64,000 nucleotides of DNA from a virus. Both the position numbers and the translations under genes were made by a program. The DNA is taken from the IMG/VR virus record IMGVR_UViG_3300037189_010507, positions 26,572 through 90,571 of that record. One strand, given 5' to 3'. Each line of letters begins with the position of its first letter. Position 1 is the stretch's first letter. Below the pieces are notes generated by a model. That model did no database searches and was not told the origin of the DNA. It saw only the letters and a program-made list of their open reading frames with translations. This document shows, piece by piece, positions 1-8,007 of this stretch.

Positions 1-135
1 AGAGATATTTCCAATAAAATTAGAAATACTGTTTCTTTCTTCTAGCAAGTCAGCAATTTGCCTTGCTTCACTTAATGATTCAAGTTCGAGAATAGTTTCA
101 TTAATAACTTTAATTTTAAATTTTGTTGTTATCAT
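1..135 (-). CDS. hypothetical protein, truncated at window edge (MITTKFKIKVINETILELES...)
   Basis: ATG at 135 overlaps the end of whiB; frame read by hand stays open to position 1. Confidence 0.55.
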   Translation of the reverse strand, partial: MITTKFKIKVINETILELESLSEARQIADLLEERNSISNFIGNIS

Positions 136-412
136 TAGTTTTTACTACCTTAATAGAAACATCTTTGGCAATAACGCTACGTTGTGCAAGAATTTTACTT
201 CTTTCTTTTGGAGTTGTGCCTCCCCAAATGCCAAAAGCTTCTTCATTTTTTAAAGCATATTCCAGACATTCCGCTCTTACAGAGCAAATCTTGCAAAAAG
301 CTTTAATTTCAGCAGATTGCTTTGCTGAACCTTTTACCCCAGGTTCAGGGTAAAATAACTCTGTATCTTGACCAAAACATGCAGCGTTATTACGCCAAGT
401 TTCATTATTCAT
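116..412 (-). CDS. whiB: WhiB-family Fe-S transcription factor
   Basis: WR..AAC, LFYP, CxxC.VR.ECLEYAL and GIWGGTT..ER motifs with four Cys. Confidence 0.95.
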   Translation of the reverse strand: MNNETWRNNAACFGQDTELFYPEPGVKGSAKQSAEIKAFCKICSVRAECLEYALKNEEAFGIWGGTTPKERSKILAQRSVIAKDVSIKVVKTNDNNKI

Positions 413-797
413 TTATCTCCCAATATGGTAATGATTTTGATTCTTCTCTCATAACAGGCAAAACCTCAGACATAAGAAAAGAGTAATAGTCTTCAATATT
501 AAAACCATCAGCGATTAGATTGCTAATGATATTAGAATAGTTAAAACACAAGGCCAGGATTACTCCAAATACATTGTCTTCAACTAAAATATCTTCACTA
601 TTTTCTCCATCTTCATAGCATAGATTAATACACTGCATCATAAATGTCATTCTATCTTCATCAGATGTAAAATCTGTTGTAGACATAATATTTACAATTT
701 TTTCAAGAATAAAATGTGAATCTGAACCGTCAGTCATACCGTCTGCCATTTCAGTTCTCATTTTTTCAATATGATCAAAGTCTTCTTTCTTAAACAT
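405..797 (-). CDS. hypothetical acidic protein
   Basis: 130-aa ORF in the gene chain, overlapping the whiB start. Confidence 0.75.
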   Translation of the reverse strand: MFKKEDFDHIEKMRTEMADGMTDGSDSHFILEKIVNIMSTTDFTSDEDRMTFMMQCINLCYEDGENSEDILVEDNVFGVILALCFNYSNIISNLIADGFNIEDYYSFLMSEVLPVMREESKSLPYWEINE

Positions 798-811
798 TTA
801 AAACTTTCTAC

Positions 812-1243
812 TCAGAACAATTCGTTAATTGCTTCGGCAAGTGAACCTGTAGCATTGTTGAAATCGTATACCTTTTCATCAGCATCATCAAATTTAATAA
901 CGCTACCAAAGATATTTTTATTTGCAATGTTAACAGCAATAGCAAGAGCAACTCTACGCCTATCTGGATGCTTACTTGGAGCTCCATCTACTTCTCCATC
1001 ATCATTCAAAGGTGCAGCCCAACCTGTTGTTACAAGGCTTACATATTCGAATAGCAAATGCTTGTTTTGATTTCTAATCTCTTCAATAAGATCATATACA
1101 TCTGGATTGAAATCAATAAGTACGGACTTAAGTTCTCCTTTTTCATTAGTAGAAATTCCATATGCTTTGGCATCTGTAATCTCAGGGTGAATAGCAGAGA
1201 TATCAAAAATCTCATCCAATAGTGTTTCGTTTTTGTCTTTCAT
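812..1243 (-). CDS. hypothetical protein
   Basis: 143-aa ORF with AAGGA SD; TTGWAAPL...PSKHPDRRRV looks like a conserved motif. Confidence 0.8.
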   Translation of the reverse strand: MKDKNETLLDEIFDISAIHPEITDAKAYGISTNEKGELKSVLIDFNPDVYDLIEEIRNQNKHLLFEYVSLVTTGWAAPLNDDGEVDGAPSKHPDRRRVALAIAVNIANKNIFGSVIKFDDADEKVYDFNNATGSLAEAINELF

Positions 1244-1264
1244 TTTGTTTTCCTTTTTTTGTTG

Positions 1265-1852
1265 TTATTTTTTGTTTGAATCGAAAAGATACTCTGTATC
1301 AAATTCGTTTTCGATTAGGTCAGCTTGATATGATTCTACACATTCGCCATTAATCCAAATGTTCTTTCCACAGAAACCCATTCCTTCTTCTTGATAATAA
1401 AGACAGAATAAAAGGTTTGGGTAATCAATTGCAATTTTTTCAAATGCTTCAATAGGTGGAGACCAAGCAGTTGAAAAATCAAAATCAATTTCAATACGCC
1501 CTCTTGAAAGAATAGGAGTATTGAAAAACAAATCACTTTCTGGCCATTTAGTTCCCCATTTCTCAACTCGCCATTGATACCAATCAGGATAACCAAATTT
1601 TTCAATATTAACTTTTTGAGTATCGTTATGCACAATAGGAGCATCACCAATTAACAAATCTGTAGGTGTTGGATAAAGATTTTCCAAAAGAGTAATATCA
1701 ATTTTCCCGTGTTGAAATTCTTCAAGAACAACTTTTGTTGTTTCTACTACATTATTGTTTTGATCAAGTTTACGAGAAATGATACTAAGAAATTGCATCA
1801 TATCTTTCTCTTCACCATAAACATATAAATTATTTGAGCACCAATTAGGCAT
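1265..1852 (-). CDS. DUF1281/YubB ferredoxin-like domain protein
   Basis: MPNWCxN start, DWYxWRxxKWGTKW, FSTAWSPP and YxEEGMGFCG signatures. Confidence 0.85.
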   Translation of the reverse strand: MPNWCSNNLYVYGEEKDMMQFLSIISRKLDQNNNVVETTKVVLEEFQHGKIDITLLENLYPTPTDLLIGDAPIVHNDTQKVNIEKFGYPDWYQWRVEKWGTKWPESDLFFNTPILSRGRIEIDFDFSTAWSPPIEAFEKIAIDYPNLLFCLYYQEEGMGFCGKNIWINGECVESYQADLIENEFDTEYLFDSNKK

Positions 1853-1994
1853 CTTGTTCTACTTTCTTATTGTTGTTTTTATTTGCACATTCATAACAGA
1901 TGTTTGTGATATCATCAAGGCAACCCAAAATCCAAGCATCAATGCCTGACCAAACGATATTTTCTTTGGTATCACATTCTTTACATTTACTCAC
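1845..1994 (-). CDS. small Zn-ribbon protein, 49 aa (not in ORF track)
   Basis: GTG start; MSKCKEC...ICYEC; fills the gap and overlaps both neighbours. Confidence 0.65.
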   Translation of the reverse strand: MSKCKECDTKENIVWSGIDAWILGCLDDITNICYECANKNNNKKVEQDA

Positions 1995-2124
1995 TATCTT
2001 CTTCTTTCTTAAATAAATCATCCCAAGATGATTTTACATACTTGACATTTCCTTTTTCATCAACATATGCTGTAAGCACCATTGTTGCACTAAAAAGTGC
2101 TGTATCGTTATTTTGTTCTTCCAT
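1987..2124 (-). CDS. small hypothetical protein, 45 aa (not in ORF track)
   Basis: AAGGA upstream; MEEQNNDTALFSATMVLTAYVDEKG... Confidence 0.55.
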   Translation of the reverse strand: MEEQNNDTALFSATMVLTAYVDEKGNVKYVKSSWDDLFKKEEDSE

Positions 2125-2125
2125 T

Positions 2126-2302
2126 TTATTTTTCCTTGTTTAGTTGTTTAAGAATCCAAACCGCTTTTAAAAAGTTTGGGTGATCTTGATTATTAATTGC
2201 TAGATTACGATTGAGCCATCCAATATCCTTTTTTCTTTGGTTTGGAACATCCATACCAATAAGGACATTTTGAAGTTCATCTATTAATTGTTCTTTATCC
2301 AT
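2126..2302 (-). CDS. small hypothetical protein, 58 aa (not in ORF track)
   Basis: TAATG coupling to upstream stop; MDKEQLIDELQNVLIGMDVP... Confidence 0.6.
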   Translation of the reverse strand: MDKEQLIDELQNVLIGMDVPNQRKKDIGWLNRNLAINNQDHPNFLKAVWILKQLNKEK

Positions 2303-2586
2303 TAAAATTCATCATCCTCATCTATATCCATAGGATCATCTCCCATTTCACATTTACCACATAAAATATCTGACCCCCACCAAGATCCAATAAAAGTTCC
2401 ATGAATACAATATTGTGAACGGTCATTTCTATCCCAATCCCATTCATCACCGTATTCATAATCATCATCTATTGGCTTAGATAGATCATTAATATTTCTT
2501 GTTAAAGAATCAAAAGCAGCATCAATTTCTTCATACTTACTTTGATTATTTTCAACATACTTCATGTATTCTTCATAGTTATTCAT
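2302..2586 (-). CDS. hypothetical acidic protein with CxH...CxxC motif
   Basis: ORF track 2302..2613; start refined to the ATG after AAAGGA. Confidence 0.7.
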   Translation of the reverse strand: MNNYEEYMKYVENNQSKYEEIDAAFDSLTRNINDLSKPIDDDYEYGDEWDWDRNDRSQYCIHGTFIGSWWGSDILCGKCEMGDDPMDIDEDDEF

Positions 2587-2588
2587 TT

Positions 2589-2840
2589 TTATCCTTTTAT
2601 ATTGCTTTCCCAATTTGTTGTAAAACGGAACACTATTTTAGTTTCAAGACCAGTAATCTTTTTAACCGTAATGTATCCATTTTCTACGTCTAATAACAAA
2701 TCACAGTTCTGACATTCATATTCTTCCCATTCTGCCATTTCAGACTTAATTTCTGAAGAAGGATATATAATATTTTCACTGCTATCTATAAAAGTTAAAT
2801 CTTCTAATTTACAAATTGGGCATTTATTAATCATTAACAT
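2589..2840 (-). CDS. Zn-ribbon protein
   Basis: CPIC...CQNC; GAGG SD before the ATG at 2840. Confidence 0.7.
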   Translation of the reverse strand: MLMINKCPICKLEDLTFIDSSENIIYPSSEIKSEMAEWEEYECQNCDLLLDVENGYITVKKITGLETKIVFRFTTNWESNIKG

Positions 2841-2841
2841 T

Positions 2842-3531
2842 TTAATCCTCAAATAAATTTAATTGATTAGGGTTATATTGTCTTGTAGGAATTGGCTCAA
2901 GATCATTACGTTCAATAAACTCAGTCCAACCATCAATGTTTTCTTTGTTCCAATATTGAATGTTATAGACAGCCATTAGAATATCTTCATCTTTTGGATA
3001 AATTCCAGCATCTGGACATAACTCCACATTCATATTCATCGCTAATTCGTTATAGATAAAATCAGCCCAATTAGAATCAGAAGTATCAATTAAATCTAAA
3101 AGATAACTTGGGAGTTCCTTTATGGATTCAATTACATTTTCATATTCTTTGTCAAAGTAATCACTCTCATTAGCAACTGAATCTTCCATTAATTTTTCTT
3201 GCCATTCCATAGCAGCAATAAAAGCAGGACTAATATTGCTTTCTGTAACGTCACTTTCTGATAAAAGAATACGGCAAACTAAACGATCAATTGAGCCTAC
3301 AACCCAATGCCTATAAGTTTCAATTCTAAAATCACCAGGAAATCTTTTCATTAAATCTTTGCTGATAACTTCAAAGTTTGACTTTTCGAGAATACTTTGA
3401 GCAGTATCATCAATTCCAGAAAAACCCCAAGTTTTAAACATATCTTCAGGCCCCCAATAACCAAAATCTTCTGGTTTTTTCAAAGCCATAGTTGCAAGTT
3501 CTTCAATATTGTAATGCGAAATATCAATCAT
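2842..3531 (-). CDS. hypothetical acidic protein
   Basis: 229-aa ORF coupled to its neighbours. Confidence 0.8.
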   Translation of the reverse strand: MIDISHYNIEELATMALKKPEDFGYWGPEDMFKTWGFSGIDDTAQSILEKSNFEVISKDLMKRFPGDFRIETYRHWVVGSIDRLVCRILLSESDVTESNISPAFIAAMEWQEKLMEDSVANESDYFDKEYENVIESIKELPSYLLDLIDTSDSNWADFIYNELAMNMNVELCPDAGIYPKDEDILMAVYNIQYWNKENIDGWTEFIERNDLEPIPTRQYNPNQLNLFED

Positions 3532-3850
3532 TTTGTTTTCCCAATTCTTTCAATGCTTCCTCATCCCAATGACTAGGAAGACTTCTTTCAATTTCGTAAG
3601 CGTAATCGTCAGCGTCTGAATTATCGAGATCCCAATAGATACAAACTTCTCCATACCTACCAAAATCATGATTGAACCATTTAATTTTAAATGATACACC
3701 TCTTGAATTGGCATCTGGAAACATTCTATAAAGCTGATTCACATACTCATCCATTTCCTTTTTAGCAAGAGCAGGGTAATTCAAATCTCCAATTTGAATA
3801 CAATCTTCTTCATAAGGAGTTGGACCAATTTCCATATATTCAATATTCAT
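3524..3850 (-). CDS. conserved phage hypothetical protein
   Basis: IGPTPYEEDCIQIG...HDFGRYGEV and LPSHWD motifs. Confidence 0.8.
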   Translation of the reverse strand: MNIEYMEIGPTPYEEDCIQIGDLNYPALAKKEMDEYVNQLYRMFPDANSRGVSFKIKWFNHDFGRYGEVCIYWDLDNSDADDYAYEIERSLPSHWDEEALKELGKQND

Positions 3851-3963
3851 TACATATACCTTTCATCTCTATTTTTTACTACTTCTTGTTCCATACATTG
3901 AGTGCAAACTGAATCATCAGGTAATTCTTCATAAACAGCCTCACAGTTTTTACAAATATACAT
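3850..3963 (-). CDS. rubredoxin-like Zn-ribbon peptide, 37 aa (not in ORF track)
   Basis: MYICKNC...VCTQC; AGGGG SD; TAATG coupling to the next gene. Confidence 0.65.
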   Translation of the reverse strand: MYICKNCEAVYEELPDDSVCTQCMEQEVVKNRDERYM

Positions 3964-3971
3964 TGCTACCC

Positions 3972-4277
3972 CTATTCGTATTTTGTTTCAATACAATGAA
4001 CACAAGGTTGACCTTGTTCCATTTCTTCACATTCGCACTCATCTTCATCAATAGCAGAAAACATTTCTTCCCAGCAATTTGGATGAGTTCCTGAAATCAT
4101 AACTTCTCGAAGTTCTTTTGACAAAAAAGGAAATACATCTTGAATGTATTCATTATTTAGAATCAGTCTTTCATATTCATCAAAAGACAAATAAAATTCA
4201 CTCTCTTCTCCGCAATGAAAACACTTTCTGGTAAAACCATAAACATTTTCATTAATCATATAAACATTTGCTCTCAT
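3972..4277 (-). CDS. Cys-rich hypothetical protein
   Basis: CFHC...IQDVFP.LS...RE..ISGTHPNCW motif plus a C-terminal CEC...CVHC. Confidence 0.8.
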   Translation of the reverse strand: MRANVYMINENVYGFTRKCFHCGEESEFYLSFDEYERLILNNEYIQDVFPFLSKELREVMISGTHPNCWEEMFSAIDEDECECEEMEQGQPCVHCIETKYE

Positions 4278-4278
4278 T

Positions 4279-4587
4279 TTAATTGTTCCCTTCAGGATAA
4301 ATAGTTAATAATGCTTGATACCTTTTTACAAAGGTTGGATTTTCCCAAGCCAAAGAGCCAGGTTTTGCGTTAGGCAAATCTGGAAGTTCTTCGCGATGAA
4401 TATGGATTGACATTCCATTAATAATAACGGAAAGTCTATAACCAAGATAAGAAGCAAAGTCTTCTAAAGCTTCTTCAATTGTTTGAAAATATTTAATTTC
4501 TCCATCTTGATTTCGAGTTGAATAATTAGTTTCTTCTTGAAACATCATTTCATCTTCATTCATTTCCATTCTCCATTGTGTAATCAT
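4279..4587 (-). CDS. hypothetical protein (true start possibly 4569 or 4563)
   Basis: ORF in the gene chain. Confidence 0.7.
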   Translation of the reverse strand: MITQWRMEMNEDEMMFQEETNYSTRNQDGEIKYFQTIEEALEDFASYLGYRLSVIINGMSIHIHREELPDLPNAKPGSLAWENPTFVKRYQALLTIYPEGNN

Positions 4588-4828
4588 TACTTACATCTTC
4601 ATTAATCATAAAGACTCTTTCTTCCATTTTTTTATCAATGCAATCATCACAGATCCAAATTACCATTTCAGTTAAGTCATATCTTGAACCATAACTACCT
4701 TGTAGGGTAACTTCAATTGCAAAATCTAATTCAAATAGAACTCTTATTGATCCATCTCTAAGACTAATTAAATCTATTTTATGTTCTATTTGTTTTCCAC
4801 AAGAAAAACAAGGACAGGGTGTATACAT
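4556..4828 (-). CDS. Zn-ribbon protein
   Basis: CFSC...GSYGSRYD...ICDDC. Confidence 0.75.
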   Translation of the reverse strand: MYTPCPCFSCGKQIEHKIDLISLRDGSIRVLFELDFAIEVTLQGSYGSRYDLTEMVIWICDDCIDKKMEERVFMINEDVSNDYTMENGNE

Positions 4829-5163
4829 TATCTCATCTCCAAAAATTGAGGGTATTGCTTATAAAATAAAAATGTTTTGATTTGATAATTAACCATTTGA
4901 TGAACATAGTTAGATGCAATATGAATTCTTAACTCATCTCCCATCTTGGCTTTACTACCAAGATTTTTCATAACTTGATTTTTAACTCTTGAATGGAAAA
5001 AACATTCGCGTCCTTTTTTAATTTCAAAAGTATTGATCACTTTAACTATCTCTCTACCAATTTTTTTATTAGTAGCAACATCACCAGTGCCGTAATCAGC
5101 ATTGATAAATATTTTTTTCTCTACGTCATTTATAGAAAAACTAACCATTTCTTCAGTCTTCAT
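4828..5163 (-). CDS. hypothetical protein
   Basis: start refined to MKTEEM, which follows AGGAG. Confidence 0.7.
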   Translation of the reverse strand: MKTEEMVSFSINDVEKKIFINADYGTGDVATNKKIGREIVKVINTFEIKKGRECFFHSRVKNQVMKNLGSKAKMGDELRIHIASNYVHQMVNYQIKTFLFYKQYPQFLEMR

Positions 5164-5263
5164 TTTCTTTACTCCTATATTCGTAAATACATTCAATAAC
5201 GGCTACATAACCGAAACAAATAAAAGGTGTCATTGCGACACCAAATATCAACCAATCAATCAT
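5153..5263 (-). CDS. small membrane peptide, 36 aa, paralog A (not in ORF track)
   Basis: MIDWLIFGVAMTPFICFGYVAVIECIYEYRSKENED; TAAGGA SD; ATGA coupling. Confidence 0.7.
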   Translation of the reverse strand: MIDWLIFGVAMTPFICFGYVAVIECIYEYRSKENED

Positions 5264-5439
5264 TTGGTTTCCTTATCTTTAACTTCTTCATAATAAGCTG
5301 CCCAAGACAAATCATCTTGAACAGCTTTTAACTTCATTAACACTTTTATATATTCATTTGGAAAAGCAAACTTACTTTCGCTTTTTGCAAACTCATCTAC
5401 AAGTTTTGTTACAGTGTCATACATTTCATTAAAGTTCAT
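5260..5439 (-). CDS. small hypothetical protein
   Basis: start refined to MNFNEMY, which follows AGGAG. Confidence 0.65.
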   Translation of the reverse strand: MNFNEMYDTVTKLVDEFAKSESKFAFPNEYIKVLMKLKAVQDDLSWAAYYEEVKDKETK

Positions 5440-5440
5440 T

Positions 5441-5536
5441 TCAACTCCTATATTCATCAATGCATTCAATTATTAATGCAATACTAACTGCAATAAAAGG
5501 TATCATTACGACACCAAATACTAACCATTCAATCAT
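5441..5536 (-). CDS. small membrane peptide, 31 aa, paralog B (not in ORF track)
   Basis: MIEWLVFGVVMIPFIAVSIALIIECIDEYRS; AAGGA SD; ATGA coupling. Confidence 0.7.
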   Translation of the reverse strand: MIEWLVFGVVMIPFIAVSIALIIECIDEYRS

Positions 5537-5691
5537 TTTTTATTTTCCTTTTTGTTTCTAACTCTTTTGCAAGCTTTACATTCTTTTCCAATACATACCA
5601 TTTTATGTTGATGACATACAATACATATTTTTTCTTCAGGAAAAAACTTTTCAAAAGCTTCACCACATTCAATGCATCTAACCAACTTCAT
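5533..5691 (-). CDS. small Cys-rich protein, 52 aa (not in ORF track)
   Basis: MKLVRCIEC...C.H.H...C....CKAC; AAAGGA SD. Confidence 0.65.
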   Translation of the reverse strand: MKLVRCIECGEAFEKFFPEEKICIVCHQHKMVCIGKECKACKRVRNKKENKK

Positions 5692-5729
5692 TTCTTACTT
5701 TCCTTTTTCTTTTTGGTCTATCTATTATT

Positions 5730-5972
5730 TCAACCATTTTGATCTCCATAACCATCTATAATGTCTGCTCTTGTATTTAGACTTTTCAATTCGTCTTTAC
5801 GAACCCAAAAGTAATTACATTTGTGAAGTAAAGCCGGAGTATAAATCTTACGAAATTCTCTTTCTCTTTCGTCAAGCCCCATCCGATTACATACTTCATC
5901 TAAGCAATAATCGTAACCAGCTTCAAATCTTTCTTCAATAAATTCTTGTTCACAGAATTTACAAATTGCCAT
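5730..5972 (-). CDS. Zn-finger protein
   Basis: CKFC...ERFEAGYDYC....C. Confidence 0.75.
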   Translation of the reverse strand: MAICKFCEQEFIEERFEAGYDYCLDEVCNRMGLDEREREFRKIYTPALLHKCNYFWVRKDELKSLNTRADIIDGYGDQNG

Positions 5973-6172
5973 TATTCATCTCCATTGTGATTTCTCCAAC
6001 CATTGCTGAATTCTTCTTTTGCTTGTTTCTTTGTTTCAATGACTAAACTAACTAAAATTAGAAGTCGATGATTTTCAAATTGTTTTTGATTGATTAATCC
6101 TTTTGCCAAATCATTTTGGATTTTATCCAAACGATTAGTTGCTCTTTTGATTTTGTTTTCTTCTTGTTCCAT
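5972..6172 (-). CDS. hypothetical protein
   Basis: AAGGA SD; coupled ORF. Confidence 0.65.
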   Translation of the reverse strand: MEQEENKIKRATNRLDKIQNDLAKGLINQKQFENHRLLILVSLVIETKKQAKEEFSNGWRNHNGDE

Positions 6173-6320
6173 TTTCTTTTTCCTTTTGATTTTGTATTAT
6201 TCCAAATAACACATCATTTATTTTTTTCATCTCATCATTCTTCTTTTGAAGAAGTTTGATTTTATTTTCCAAGTTTTCTATCATCATTAATAGAATTGTT
6301 TCATTTGAATTTGGATGCAT
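6135..6320 (-). CDS. small coiled-coil hypothetical protein
   Basis: adjacent to the upstream stop; heptad pattern. Confidence 0.6.
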   Translation of the reverse strand: MHPNSNETILLMMIENLENKIKLLQKKNDEMKKINDVLFGIIQNQKEKENGTRRKQNQKSN

Positions 6321-6620
6321 TTATATACCTTCAATGATTAGAGTAATTTTTTTCTTATCTTTTGACCAACGATGATGTACTTCTATGTTGTTATACAAAC
6401 AAGATTTTTTAACAGCTTTAAGAATTAATTTTCTATCTTCTTCTTTTGTTCCGTCAATTTCAATGTCAATCTTTTCTCCAACTCGCATAGTTGAAATCTT
6501 TTTATGAAACATTTTTTCAAGTTCTGTTACAAACTTTAGACCAACTTTTTTGTGGTTATAAGCTTCAACTTTGTTTACTTTTTCTATCACTTTTATTCTT
6601 TCTTTTTTGTGCCTACTCAA
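6321..6620 (-). CDS. basic hypothetical protein (possible DNA binder)
   Basis: Lys-rich 99-aa ORF. Confidence 0.65.
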   Translation of the reverse strand: MSRHKKERIKVIEKVNKVEAYNHKKVGLKFVTELEKMFHKKISTMRVGEKIDIEIDGTKEEDRKLILKAVKKSCLYNNIEVHHRWSKDKKKITLIIEGI

Positions 6621-6652
6621 TGAAAAATGGGATAGTAAACACTATCCCATTT
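6621..6652 (-). terminator. intrinsic terminator-like hairpin
   Basis: 12-bp stem AAATGGGATAGT/ACTATCCCATTT (6625-6652), 4-nt loop, T run on the minus strand. Confidence 0.7.
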
Positions 6653-6689
6653 CCCATCTTTTTCTTATCTTTATGACGTAAGTAATTAC

Positions 6690-7097
6690 TTACTCAGAAT
6701 CAATTGTTGTATACAGTTCTTCAACATTTTGATAATGAGGAAGAATAACAATTTCACAATCACCATAATCAAGCTGACGAATTGTGTAACTATCTTGCGT
6801 AATCAAAACTTGAAGCATTTCTAATTGGTAAATGCGTAACTCATCTCGATGTTCTTTACTCAATCTTGCAGCATAATCATAATGCTCAATATTGATCAAA
6901 CGCAAATTCTTAATACTTTTACGAATTTCCATTCGAGCAAAAATCATAAGTATTTCTGAACCAGCATCATTACCCCAATAAGTTCTATCTTCCAAAGGAG
7001 TATCAAAAATAGAAGGTGTTTTTTCTACTTTTTCTCCACCAAAACCTCTTGATGGAACAATTTCACTTTCGTCAATAAATTCAAATTCCATTGTCAT
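6690..7097 (-). CDS. hypothetical protein
   Basis: GGAG SD; ATGA coupling. Confidence 0.8.
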   Translation of the reverse strand: MTMEFEFIDESEIVPSRGFGGEKVEKTPSIFDTPLEDRTYWGNDAGSEILMIFARMEIRKSIKNLRLINIEHYDYAARLSKEHRDELRIYQLEMLQVLITQDSYTIRQLDYGDCEIVILPHYQNVEELYTTIDSE

Positions 7098-7615
7098 TCT
7101 CCGTCACTTTCTTCATTCTTATTAGCAAAGTATTCATTGACGCTAAGATTAGCACGTTCTAAAATCTCATCAATTGTCAAACCGTTAGGATTTGTCTTAC
7201 CTTTAGGAGAAATAAATTCTTCAGGAAAAGCACCAGCAGAAGTTACAGTTGATGTAATATCAATACTTTCATCATTACTCACTTTTGCAGCAGTATGTAT
7301 TTGTCCACTTGTAAGTGAACGCATACCTGAACGCCTAACTCGCATTTGACGATTACGCAATACCTTATCTGTACCGTCAGGATAAACAATAGCAGGTCTA
7401 TTTTCTAACGTGCGGCGATAGTTATTCATAAAACGCATAGCAGAACCTGAATCAATTTTCCTACCTGTATCTGTTACAAATACATATCTAACAGCCATAT
7501 TTTCTGTAATCTTGATGTAATCCACAATCTTACCGAAATCTTTTACGCCATTAGATAACTGAGTATTTACCATAGCAATTACCCTAGCTTCATAATCATC
7601 ATTTAGAGAAGTCAT
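7094..7615 (-). CDS. hypothetical protein, first gene of the small-gene block
   Basis: 173-aa ORF downstream of the long intergenic region. Confidence 0.8.
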   Translation of the reverse strand: MTSLNDDYEARVIAMVNTQLSNGVKDFGKIVDYIKITENMAVRYVFVTDTGRKIDSGSAMRFMNNYRRTLENRPAIVYPDGTDKVLRNRQMRVRRSGMRSLTSGQIHTAAKVSNDESIDITSTVTSAGAFPEEFISPKGKTNPNGLTIDEILERANLSVNEYFANKNEESDGE

Positions 7616-7689
7616 ACCTGAACCTTATCTTTTATGCAATACAATGCCACGTGTAATTCGTAACTCAATTGTTGCGCTATTTGTGGCAT
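7612..7689 (-). CDS. possible leaderless 25-aa leader ORF
   Basis: TGA-TAGACT-6nt-ATG; MPQIAQQLSYELHVALYCIKDKVQV ends in an ATGA overlap with the 7615 start. Confidence 0.35.
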   Translation of the reverse strand: MPQIAQQLSYELHVALYCIKDKVQV

Positions 7690-8007
7690 AAAGTTAGTCT
7701 ATCAGTTGGGAATTGAGTTGACACGCTGGAAATTAGATTTCTTTTATATTTCTTTTAGATCAAAGAAAGGCGCGATTAATTGATCAGAATAGGATCGTAA
7801 AAATATTTTTTATAATATATTGAATTACATTGGCTAGGATCTAAAAGATCAGCTTATTGACGATCTATATTGCCCGTGTAATTTTAGGGAATTTTCTCAC
7901 CTAATTCACACCCCGCAATATTTTAGCAAATAATGCAAAAATTTTAATATATTTTTTTGGGCCTACTACGTTATTCTTATAAAACCCAAAAAGGTAAACA
8001 CTTTGAC
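7690..8007. other. AT-rich non-coding region with six GATC sites (candidate ori, pac or terminus)
   Basis: GATC at 7758, 7782, 7793, 7838, 7847 and 7862; longest non-coding stretch in the window. Confidence 0.5.
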
